Counted from the first letter of the stretch, positions 50,159 to 59,479 are shown. The stretch: DNA of 64,000 nucleotides from an uncultured Prevotellaceae bacterium (GCA_900318555.1 ONKX01000023.1:13201-77200), one strand, 5' to 3'. Notes: a model not told the origin generated them from the letters alone. A program made the numbers and translations.

Positions 50159-51796
50159 TTATAATCTCGCTTCTTCATTCAAAAAGAACATTAATCTCTT
50201 CATCTCCTTTTTGCATTCTAATAACAGATTATATTGCATTATGACATAATCATCATTGGATTCAGGTCTTTTACCGCCGTTGACAATTCCCAAAAAGTCC
50301 TCATCAGTCATTATAACATGTTCATCGGGTTCAAATTCTCGATGTTGAAACATGTGTCTGTTTACATTAACCATCATAGCGAATTTAGATACCTCCTCGC
50401 CAATGAACCAGGGCCTTTCCCATGGTCCAAATCCTTGGGGTAGATTTTTCCCTTTATTACTACCTTCATAATATAACCTATGTAAGGCTCCTGCAAAAGC
50501 GCCATAAAGAATTTCGTTGTTGCATACGTTTCTAAGGGCATCTATTTCCTTATAATCTTCAGTTGAAGGAACAAAGGGAGGAAACCATCTCCCGTCTGGT
50601 CGAAGTTTCTCCCCAAGATTATGTTTTGTCCATACTTTATTAATATTATCACGTAAACGAAGAATTTCATCAACTAAAACAGTTATTTCATCTGCTAGAT
50701 TATTGTTACAACTATTATCAGGTAATTCTGCAGAAGAAGATAGTAAATATTCACGAAAAAAACTTATCGGTATAATGTAAGTATTGTCTTTTTCAACCAC
50801 TAATCCTTTATCTTTCAAGTCTTCAACTTCATCTGGGATAACCCCTTCAATAACAATAGGACTATTTGCCAATGATTGTAGAATTTTACGCTCACCTTCT
50901 TTTAGAAATCGGTTCTCCATAATTTCTTTAAAGGGTTCACGCAAGATGGTATATGGAGGCAACTTCGTGTTATTTCTCATTTTTAGTAATTCTTTACCTA
51001 TCCTTTTAGCATAAAAAGGAATTCCCCCAGAAGCATCATATACATCTTTTACCATTTTCAATAAAGATTCTCTTTTTTCGGTACTTTCAATTAACTTGCA
51101 TTCTTCTTCCCAGAATAAAGAAAAGTCAATAATAGACAATGGCGCTAAAACTATTTTATCAAGACCGATGTTTAACTCATTTGAACCTGTACTTGTGGTG
51201 ATATCATTCCAATTTGAAGTGCCAGCAACCCATATTTTTATGGGATTTCCAGATGAAGCCCATGTGCGAATTTTGAAGAAATCCGAGGGTTCACACAACC
51301 CATATTGTAATAGATATTCTATTTCATCTAAGAGTAATAGCAAATAACGTCCATACCTTGCCAAATACTTTGCCATAACCAACAAGGTCTCTCGTTGCCT
51401 TTCTGAAGACAAGCATTTCAATTGTTCTGATATATTTACCTTGTCTTTTGATATATGAACTATTGAGTTACGGCCAATCCTATAATCCCCTTCTTTTATC
51501 AGTCCGTCAATGCACATCTTACTAGATAAGGCGGCAGTAAGTCCACTGTATATATTGTCAGTATTTTTTTTGATTCCTTCAGCCTTGGCATCAAAAAAGA
51601 TAGGATACGCTTTCGATTTTTTTCTTATAAGGTATTTCTCCATTGACTTTAAAAGACTCGTCTTTCCAAATCTTCTAGAACCAATGATGCCCGCATTATC
51701 ACCTCTTTCTGCACAATCTTTTAAGGCAGCGATTTCGCTTTCTCGCCCCCAAAGACACTCTATGTCATTTATTACATCTAAATTGAATGGTTTCAT
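50159..51796 (-). CDS. STAND/archaeal-type AAA ATPase with C-terminal Rx4H (HEPN-like) domain
   Basis: WGRESE, GSRRFGKTS, LLLDEIE, GGIPFY; RHMFQH near C-terminus. Confidence 0.78.
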   Translation of the reverse strand: MKPFNLDVINDIECLWGRESEIAALKDCAERGDNAGIIGSRRFGKTSLLKSMEKYLIRKKSKAYPIFFDAKAEGIKKNTDNIYSGLTAALSSKMCIDGLIKEGDYRIGRNSIVHISKDKVNISEQLKCLSSERQRETLLVMAKYLARYGRYLLLLLDEIEYLLQYGLCEPSDFFKIRTWASSGNPIKIWVAGTSNWNDITTSTGSNELNIGLDKIVLAPLSIIDFSLFWEEECKLIESTEKRESLLKMVKDVYDASGGIPFYAKRIGKELLKMRNNTKLPPYTILREPFKEIMENRFLKEGERKILQSLANSPIVIEGVIPDEVEDLKDKGLVVEKDNTYIIPISFFREYLLSSSAELPDNSCNNNLADEITVLVDEILRLRDNINKVWTKHNLGEKLRPDGRWFPPFVPSTEDYKEIDALRNVCNNEILYGAFAGALHRLYYEGSNKGKNLPQGFGPWERPWFIGEEVSKFAMMVNVNRHMFQHREFEPDEHVIMTDEDFLGIVNGGKRPESNDDYVIMQYNLLLECKKEMKRLMFFLNEEARL

Positions 51797-51808
51797 ATTG
51801 TTTTCTAA

Positions 51809-54800
51809 TTAATGAGTTAAAGCGATATTTAAATCCTTGTGGTGAACATACCACCATCGTCTGAATAAATCAACATTAATCCGATATACAGGTCTTCCCT
51901 CATCAATATCATCCTTGAGTATTTTTTTCTCCACTAACTTGCTGATGGCCTCAACCATTTGTCTTTTAAAAACATCTGAAACATTATATTTATTCCATAA
52001 GCTTTGTAATTCAGGAATTCCAACGCCACGAATATTACGTTTCTGATCTTTATTAATATAAGCAAAACATGTTATTACTGCATGTTCTGATATTGCGTCT
52101 GGTGTATACTGATTGTTCTGAAAATTATTCTCATCAATACATCCTGCATATGACGGATCGGGGTTCTCTTCTCCTGTCAAAATTTTAACAACTTCTTCAA
52201 CTTCATCATAACCTAACCAATGTTTTTTATGCATAGGTATAGCCGCAAACTTTCCACATGATCTACAAATCCATTGGATCCAATATGGAACGCAACCTGA
52301 CAGTCTCCTAATATGTGCTTTTGCATTATCAGTAAAATTAAGTGTTGGAACCCAAGCGTCTATAAGTTCATTTGCAGCATCATTACCTATCTCGTTAACA
52401 GGAAATACAATAGTGTTTGTCAATTGACCAGTGATACCATATTGGGGATCTCTTGGTAATTCTTTAATATCATATGTACCTGCATACACAAAAGCGGCTT
52501 TTCCTTCTAATGACATGTCACGTAATATCGACAAAAAAGAGGCATTAAGTAATTCTTCATCCATCGAGTTCTTTACATATGAAAATTCATCGATTGTTAT
52601 AAATGGGAAATAGTTGATTCTATTTAACACATCTATAAATTGCAAAAAATCTTTTTGGCTCAAGATTTCTGGAACACTTCCTGATTTATATGAATTGTCT
52701 AATTCTTTTTTTATTTCTTTAGAAAAGGCCTCATACATATTGATTCCAACGAGATTCTCCCAAAAATCTGCTTCTTGCCCTTTCTTGTAAGCAACAGCTT
52801 TTAAGTCCCAACTTATTGGCAACACTTTCATATGAGGTTTCTCGTCAAGCGTTTTCCCTGAGATTTTGTCTCTTAAATATTTCAAAATAGAAGATTTACC
52901 TGTTCTTGTAAGGCCATATAAAATATATGTGTTTGTCCTTTCTACTGACAAATAATGTTTTAATAGCATATCTAATAATCCTTCACGTCCTTTAAAAATA
53001 TGTCTTTCTGGTATTTCTCCGACGTTCCAGGGGATATCTTTTGCATCTATAGGATCGCCAGAATCTTCTTCAAATGTTATTCCATATGTTGATACAGATA
53101 AGTCTTTTCCTTGAAATTTGGGGATTACATCAAAACTAACACTAATCACTTTCTGGCTATTCATTTTTGAAGGCAATTCCCAAATGAGATTTTTAAAATC
53201 TCCTGCAGGCAAGACTTCCTCGCACACAATTTTCTCATTATTATCTGCGGATTGAATATTTACGACAAATGATTCAGCTGATGATTCACCTATATTTGAT
53301 ACGATAAAATTAATATATCTTTTTCCAGGTTTTTCTTTAATAAAGTACGAATCTGCAGAAACTCTCAATTTAGGATGGGACATAGCAATTCTTGATGCTA
53401 TCTGCTTATCAATTTTAGAAAGCCAATTTTGAGCGAGATGATAGAAAAAAGTTCTACCATAATATGTCGTTGTTTCACTGATCAACTTCAAACTGTCGCG
53501 TAAAATCTGCTGAGAAGTATTCAGAGAATTCTCTCTCTCTCTGTCTCCAAGAACAGAATATGGTTCCAATATTTTAATAACACTATCAATATCTTTACAG
53601 GCCCTTATATCTGTAGGTAAAAGTATGTCTTTGTATTCAACTATTTTTTTCCATTGATTTGTGAATTCACTAATATCATAATGACGAAATTCCCAATTAA
53701 TGCAGTCCTTCAGCAACTTATCAAACATTTTAACCCTATCTCTTCTATGTTTAAATATTGTAGAAAGAAAATTATTATATTTCAAGTTAACGTCTGTTTT
53801 AGCTTGTTCAATTTCATTAAACAAACAAAATGCATTCTTTCTAAAATCATCATTGTGGAATTTTCCAGTCATTGGACCTGTGCCATCTTTATCAGCTGCT
53901 AACGTAAACCATGCCCCAGGAGCAGTTGAGCCTATAACAATAACTACTTTGTAGAGCATCCTTTGAGCATCTATATTGTCATTATTTAGACAGTCTCTCA
54001 ATGTCTCTTTTAACGTACCATTATTCCAATCTATGTCTGGCGTTTTACCACCTTGAATCATAGAGATTATTCTTTCTAATTTCAGATATTTTAGAAAGTG
54101 GTCTTGCAAAAAAACCCCTTCTCCTAAATCATTATAGATACCCAAAGCTTCTACAAAATAACTTTTGGCGCTATCACAAGATGCAATCAATTCATCTCGT
54201 GTTTCGGGATAATTTTGCAATAACTCGGAAACACGATTAAACATTGCATTTCCACGCATTGTGGCATAAGTTGCCATAGAAATCCAATATTCTTTTGCAT
54301 CAACTTTATTTGATAATCTATAAGCCACTGCTGACTCCAAGAAATATTGTGATCTTGAATAATAAGATTCTTTTTCGTCACTAATAGAATTAACAGCTCG
54401 TTTATATGTGGTTAATGGATCATGTAATTCTAATGTGTCAGTGTGTTTAAGCCTTTCATCAATATCTTGCAATAACAATTTGCTAATGGAGGAACTTTTT
54501 ATTGTCAGTTCATCATCTGAAGTGGTTTCTTCTTTATTGTAGTCATCATCTGAAGGCTTTTGGGCTTCAAGAATTTGATTACGCATATTTGTCACTGCTT
54601 TGTTGCCAGGTTTCAACCATTCTGCACATTCTAAGGCTTGGAGAGCTTCGTCTGTTATAGACAATTTATTCATTACCCTTGCTAACGTTAAATACAAATG
54701 GCTAATTGTGTTAGGCTTCGTGTCATTCATCTTTTCGTTATATGCAATTAATTGAGCAAGGCACTTCATTGCAGCTTCATTATTGCCCAAGGCGATCTCT

Positions 54801-55957
54801 GTGTTAACCATTCTGTCTAAATAACTTCGTAAATATTTGGGGGTTGGACAACTTTCTTCCAGAACTTCATATGAGCGTTTCAAACATTGTTCACGCTCAC
54901 CACTACGGATTAGTCCATCTAATTCTTTCTCAATATTACGGCACTCAGATTCGGATAGTTTTCTTTTCTTTAAAGGCAATGCTTCTATTGTTGCCCTGTC
55001 TGTGATTATTATAGGTTTACGTGGTGCTTTTGATACAGAAATTGGAACTGTTGGCTCTCCTGCATTAACTTTTGGGATTGAATTGTCTTTTTTGTGATAA
55101 TTAGATGCCAATTCCTTAACTGCATCAATAATCAGTATCTCACCAAAAGAATGCTTAATTCTTGTCTTCACGTGTGTAGACAGATTGGCAGACATTTCTT
55201 TTGCATCTTCATTATCGGGATATTGCTCCAATATGTTTTCCAAAATATCATATGCTTTTTGCCGAGTCCTGACATTTTCGCTTAAGACATCGGCCATTGC
55301 TAACAATTCGTAAATTGGGTGAGATAAGCAAATGCCAACAGCTTTTGGACGTAATTCTTTTGGTCCTCCGTCTGTCCTAGTATTTACTATCATTTTTGTA
55401 TAAACCACATGCAATCCTAGAAGATCTTTTTCTTTTTTCAAATCTTCGTCGCAAAAATCCCAAAAAGAAAAAAAGACATCATCATTTAAATTCTGATCCC
55501 AAATCCAGCCGTGATTTTTTCCAACAGCTTTAATAAATCCTATTGCTTTCACCTCATACTGATTATCTTCATCCTTATTGTATTTATTTGCTTTCGCTGA
55601 TGAAAAAATAGGTGAAAACGGTTGCTCTCTTAAAGCTCTGACAAATGGGTTAATAATTTCCAATTGTTTTTCCTTTACATCTATCTTTTCATTTGGCTTA
55701 ATGTGTTTTGTCTTCGTTCTAAATATTGACTCTTTCTCATCTGCATAATTAATTATGCGAGGCATAATAGCCTCTTCAAAATCAAAGATGCTATTATTAG
55801 ATATAGAAATGGGTTTCTGCCCTTCTTTAAATGGACGCAATTTGATACGTGATTCTGTTATCTCTATTATATACCCTTCTTTTACACCCAAGCGGCACGT
55901 TATCCGAATCGGGTCACCGATTTTAAAATCTTCTTTAATTGCTTCGAGATTAGTCAT
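51809..55957 (-). CDS. Large multidomain protein: CSD/OB-like, TPR, Ig-like, C-terminal STAND-like ATPase and wHTH
   Basis: GFIK..HGWI..DVFFSF; TPR helices; FKGRE, GLTRTGKS, TIDEFS, GCVPYW; start placed downstream of the -7 box at 55987. Confidence 0.78.
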   Translation of the reverse strand: MTNLEAIKEDFKIGDPIRITCRLGVKEGYIIEITESRIKLRPFKEGQKPISISNNSIFDFEEAIMPRIINYADEKESIFRTKTKHIKPNEKIDVKEKQLEIINPFVRALREQPFSPIFSSAKANKYNKDEDNQYEVKAIGFIKAVGKNHGWIWDQNLNDDVFFSFWDFCDEDLKKEKDLLGLHVVYTKMIVNTRTDGGPKELRPKAVGICLSHPIYELLAMADVLSENVRTRQKAYDILENILEQYPDNEDAKEMSANLSTHVKTRIKHSFGEILIIDAVKELASNYHKKDNSIPKVNAGEPTVPISVSKAPRKPIIITDRATIEALPLKKRKLSESECRNIEKELDGLIRSGEREQCLKRSYEVLEESCPTPKYLRSYLDRMVNTEIALGNNEAAMKCLAQLIAYNEKMNDTKPNTISHLYLTLARVMNKLSITDEALQALECAEWLKPGNKAVTNMRNQILEAQKPSDDDYNKEETTSDDELTIKSSSISKLLLQDIDERLKHTDTLELHDPLTTYKRAVNSISDEKESYYSRSQYFLESAVAYRLSNKVDAKEYWISMATYATMRGNAMFNRVSELLQNYPETRDELIASCDSAKSYFVEALGIYNDLGEGVFLQDHFLKYLKLERIISMIQGGKTPDIDWNNGTLKETLRDCLNNDNIDAQRMLYKVVIVIGSTAPGAWFTLAADKDGTGPMTGKFHNDDFRKNAFCLFNEIEQAKTDVNLKYNNFLSTIFKHRRDRVKMFDKLLKDCINWEFRHYDISEFTNQWKKIVEYKDILLPTDIRACKDIDSVIKILEPYSVLGDRERENSLNTSQQILRDSLKLISETTTYYGRTFFYHLAQNWLSKIDKQIASRIAMSHPKLRVSADSYFIKEKPGKRYINFIVSNIGESSAESFVVNIQSADNNEKIVCEEVLPAGDFKNLIWELPSKMNSQKVISVSFDVIPKFQGKDLSVSTYGITFEEDSGDPIDAKDIPWNVGEIPERHIFKGREGLLDMLLKHYLSVERTNTYILYGLTRTGKSSILKYLRDKISGKTLDEKPHMKVLPISWDLKAVAYKKGQEADFWENLVGINMYEAFSKEIKKELDNSYKSGSVPEILSQKDFLQFIDVLNRINYFPFITIDEFSYVKNSMDEELLNASFLSILRDMSLEGKAAFVYAGTYDIKELPRDPQYGITGQLTNTIVFPVNEIGNDAANELIDAWVPTLNFTDNAKAHIRRLSGCVPYWIQWICRSCGKFAAIPMHKKHWLGYDEVEEVVKILTGEENPDPSYAGCIDENNFQNNQYTPDAISEHAVITCFAYINKDQKRNIRGVGIPELQSLWNKYNVSDVFKRQMVEAISKLVEKKILKDDIDEGRPVYRINVDLFRRWWYVHHKDLNIALTH

Positions 55958-56044
55958 AATAATACAATGTCTTCTATTTTTGTTGGCAAAGATACACAAA
56001 AATATTAAAACAAACTATATATTTTGAAAAAAAAGTCATGTGAA

Positions 56045-56345
56045 AACAAATAGAGTGCCTCAATTGAGACACTCTATGAGTTTTATCGACTTATTCTTTG
56101 TCATCCACCAAGTTCGTTATCTAGTTTCTCGAACTATCTGCCGAACCACCATATTGAGTATGCAAAACATAAATATGTCCACAAACCCGGGGTCGCCATA
56201 AAGGTCTCAATACTGATACAGTTCAAAATGAACTCGAACCCAGTAGTTGAGACCTATTCAATCATTCTCAAATATTTCTTCATAATATGAATACTTTAAA
56301 ATTAAATAATAAAAATTGTCTCTAGCGTATGAGCCTGTTGAAAGC
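56045..56345 (-). ncRNA. Candidate structured RNA (or amber-interrupted small ORF 56101-56283)
   Basis: -7 box at 56351-56358, several hairpins, terminator hairpin at 56050-56077. Confidence 0.35.
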
Positions 56346-56498
56346 CTGTGCAAAGATACTACATTTCTTTGAAATGACCATAATCTATAGAGTTTTTTTG
56401 CATTTTCACAAGCCTTGTTATTGAATTTTACTTGGAAGGTCTCAAATTATTCCCTATTTTTACAGCCATAATAAATGTTTCACTAAATCGAAAGAAAT

Positions 56499-57029
56499 AT
56501 GAAAAAGTTAATGATGACCTTGATGGCAGTCATGATCGCCATCGCAGCAAATGCACAGTACAACGTTGGTAGTTCAACATCAAGCACGGACTATTTTGGA
56601 ACTCGTACCACAACCCACAGCAATCGCTATGGCCAGACAACTGGTACTTCTACTTCTTCAACGGATTGCTTTGGCACTACGACCACTACTCACAGAGACC
56701 GTTATGGTAACACCATTGGTACGTCAACCAGTTCAACGGATTGCTTTGGCACAACAACCACCACCCACCGCGACCGCTATGGCAATACGACTGGAACGGC
56801 AAGGTCGAATACGGACTCTTTTGGTACCACGACCACAGATTACTATGATTCGTATGGACGTTCAAAAGGATCTTCCAGAAGCAATACGGGCTATTTCGGC
56901 ACCACTACCACCCATCAGAATTCGAATGGTCAGACCTGGGGCTCATCGACATCAACTACAGACAGCTTCGGAACTCAGAACACCCAGCACTATAGCAACA
57001 ATTCCAACGACGACATCTGGTCGTGGTAA
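56499..57029 (+). CDS. Secreted Thr/Ser-rich protein with six ~25-aa repeats
   Basis: Signal peptide ending AQ; GxSTSSTDxFGTTTTTHRDRYGNT-type repeats. Confidence 0.85.
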   Translation: MKKLMMTLMAVMIAIAANAQYNVGSSTSSTDYFGTRTTTHSNRYGQTTGTSTSSTDCFGTTTTTHRDRYGNTIGTSTSSTDCFGTTTTTHRDRYGNTTGTARSNTDSFGTTTTDYYDSYGRSKGSSRSNTGYFGTTTTHQNSNGQTWGSSTSTTDSFGTQNTQHYSNNSNDDIWSW

Positions 57030-57043
57030 AATGATTAATGTTG

Positions 57044-57074
57044 AACTGCCGAGGATTTCTCGGCAGTTTTTTTT
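57044..57074 (+). terminator. Intrinsic terminator
   Basis: AACTGCCGAG-loop-CTCGGCAGTT followed by a T tract. Confidence 0.85.
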
Positions 57075-57450
57075 ATGACAAACGTTGTTGGGCGAGTAGC
57101 TCGGAACTAAGGAACTACGGATTTAGGGAATTACGGAGCCGTCACCGAGTCGTTCTGAGAATGTTGACCCTCAGAAGTTTCAGGAAGATTATCGGAAAAA
57201 GGGATTTACCAGAAATAGCCCATGCGTTCGAGCATTGTTTGCTCTGAAAGCCATGTGTTTTTTATATACTTATATACAAAATATTGTCGACTACAGAGTA
57301 GATAATCTTTATCTTTGAAATCACAAGATAGCCACGCAACTCTATTGTGACGAGGGACAGTCCGGACAGTCCCCTGTCACACTTGCCTTCGTCGCTAATG
57401 CTTCTTTCTCTTCTTTTGTCATATATATATCATTACGAATTTTATTCGTG

Positions 57451-57512
57451 ACACCGCTCTCGCTCGGCATAATCGGAACAAGTTCCATTCTGCTCTCGCT
57501 TAATCGCGGCGT
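57451..57512 (+). repeat. REP-like palindromic element, copy 2
   Basis: GCTCGGCATA-(GGAACAAGTTCC)-TGCTCTCGC. Confidence 0.6.
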
Positions 57513-57691
57513 TCCAAAACTCCACGAGTCTCGCGACGGGTGGAGGATTACAACTAAAAATACTCGTTTATGAATATTTTTTCTTGCTCCGCTGAGCAAC
57601 AGAAACAATCTCTTCGAAAAGAGGAATTTATATGTTCATTAGCCTTCCTTTTGATTGTCGTTATTCTCCAACAGTGCCTTGACAGCCTTTC

Positions 57692-58741
57692 TCATACCTC
57701 GTCCTCCTTTTGTTTCTTTTCTGCCATTTCCTTCACAAACTCTATTTCCTTAACGAATTCCTCCGTTGTAGGCAGATAAAGTTTGTATTCACTGGCGAGA
57801 ATCGTTTTATTGTCTTCCGGCAACGTCATTCTGACTACAGTATCATTCTTTTTCGTACAAAGTAAGATGCCAATGGTGGGATTCTCGCCTGGCAACTTTT
57901 CGTAGCGGTCGTAATAGTTGACATACATCTGCAACTGTCCCAAATCCTGATGAGTCAAATCGCCTGTCTTCAACTCGATAACGACGAAGCAACGAAGCAA
58001 ACGATTGTAAAAAACAAGGTCAGCAAAGAACTCGTCATCTTCAAGAAGAATACGTTTCTGACGAGCCACAAAACTAAAACCTTTGCCCAATTCAAGCAGA
58101 AATTCCGTGATATGTGAAATGATAGCTCCCTCTAAATCTTTCTCATAATAGCTTGATTCACGATGCAGTCCCAAGAACTCAAGAACCATCGGGTCTTTGA
58201 TAACTTCTGTCGGTGACTCTGGAATCCGCTGTTTACGAGCTACAGCCAATACGCTCTCTTTGTCATTGCTCAAAAGCAGACGCTCATAAAGCATCGAATT
58301 GATTTGACGCTCCGTCTCACGGCCTGTCCATCCATTGTTAACCGATTCAAGTTCATAGTACTCGCGCTTGTCAGGATCAGAAATGGCTACGAGAAGCTTA
58401 TATTGAGACCAGTTTAATTGCGACCGCAGTGTGGACGCAATTGGATACAAGCGATAAAATGCTCTTGCTCTCTCCAGTTGCCTTTGACCAAATCCGCTGC
58501 CGTATTCAGGCAAAAGTTGTTTTGCAAGATTCTTGATTAAATATGTACCATAGTCAGCACGTTCCTTGCCCTGTTGCTCCTCTTCAAAAATACGTTTACC
58601 AAGCTGCCAATACATTTGTACCCTACTGAAATCGACACTGCGTACAGCATTGTTGCGTGCTCTCTCAATAATTAAGCGTGCATCTTGATAGAGCGTTTCA
58701 ACTGAAGATGTATTGTCCATAACGATTTCTTTCTTTTTCAT
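57692..58741 (-). CDS. YhcG/DUF1016 PD-(D/E)XK nuclease-family protein
   Basis: YWQLGKRI, LNWSQY, KDPMVLEFL, ELGKGFSFVARQ, IELK, GQLQMYVNYY. Confidence 0.92.
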   Translation of the reverse strand: MKKKEIVMDNTSSVETLYQDARLIIERARNNAVRSVDFSRVQMYWQLGKRIFEEEQQGKERADYGTYLIKNLAKQLLPEYGSGFGQRQLERARAFYRLYPIASTLRSQLNWSQYKLLVAISDPDKREYYELESVNNGWTGRETERQINSMLYERLLLSNDKESVLAVARKQRIPESPTEVIKDPMVLEFLGLHRESSYYEKDLEGAIISHITEFLLELGKGFSFVARQKRILLEDDEFFADLVFYNRLLRCFVVIELKTGDLTHQDLGQLQMYVNYYDRYEKLPGENPTIGILLCTKKNDTVVRMTLPEDNKTILASEYKLYLPTTEEFVKEIEFVKEMAEKKQKEDEV

Positions 58742-59070
58742 TCCTCTTCCTCCTCGTTTCTTCGTTCCATTGATTCTTCGAACATCCGAAGATGTGATGG
58801 GTATTCCTCTGGAACAATTGTCCTTAAATAATCAAGGTAGTTCTTATAATCAATAACAGCATTTTGGCATCCAAACTCAGCATATCCCAGTATATGGTCG
58901 GCATAGTTGAAGTCCAATTTGTTAATATCTTTATCATTAACAAACATAGCCCGATAAAGAGCAACAGCCTTGCGGTCGTTGTCCTCATTCTGCATTTCGA
59001 ACAATTGTCCTAAGCTCTCGACTAAAACTTCTAAATGGCTTTCCATTTCGTTCATTTCAGTTTCTCCCAT
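58738..59070 (-). CDS. Hypothetical protein
   Basis: ATGA overlap with DUF1016 gene; -7 box upstream. Confidence 0.65.
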   Translation of the reverse strand: MGETEMNEMESHLEVLVESLGQLFEMQNEDNDRKAVALYRAMFVNDKDINKLDFNYADHILGYAEFGCQNAVIDYKNYLDYLRTIVPEEYPSHLRMFEESMERRNEEEEE

Positions 59071-59129
59071 GCTTTATCGTCTCATGATTTACTTAGGTGC
59101 AAAGATAGGAATAATTTTTTATATTACAA

Positions 59130-59225
59130 AATTTTTGAGCAGCGAATGCAATAAATGCTTGCATTTTAATTCTTTTACCTAAAGTTGAAAAGTGTGGCGT
59201 TGCAATGCTGAGTCGTGAGAAAATT
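59130..59225 (-). repeat. REP-like element, copy 3, with a ~35-nt nested insertion
   Basis: Reverse strand GACTCAGCAT[insert]TAAAATGCAAGCATTTA-TTGCATTCGC. Confidence 0.55.
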
Positions 59226-59341
59226 CGCTTATGGGTCAAATTTTGCACATGATTATTTGCAAAATATATTATTATGTCATAGCGTCGCTATCGCTTATTG
59301 CTGTATTGAAGTACACTGCAAACCCTAAATATGATTGAATG

Positions 59342-59479
59342 AAAATCGGACTTTCGGACATTCGGACTTCGGACGTTTTGCCGATTTTTAGTGTCAAGGA
59401 TGGGGCAAGGGAGAGAGAAGAATATAAATGTTAATTTATTTAATACTTATATATAATATATATATTATATATAAGTATT
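59342..59479. repeat. TCGGAC x4 inside AAAATCGG/CCGATTTT, plus a perfect 38-bp AT-rich palindrome (59442-59479)
   Basis: Read directly from the sequence. Confidence 0.85.

Noticed and set aside
43533-56443. AAGGTCTC recurring near 43533, 47623, 56201 and 56436
   Set aside because: Short 8-mer with no consistent spacing to promoters; may be chance.
56570-56990. CRISPR or DGR-like 75-bp repeats
   Set aside because: The repeats are in frame in a signal-peptide ORF, and there is no reverse transcriptase in the window.
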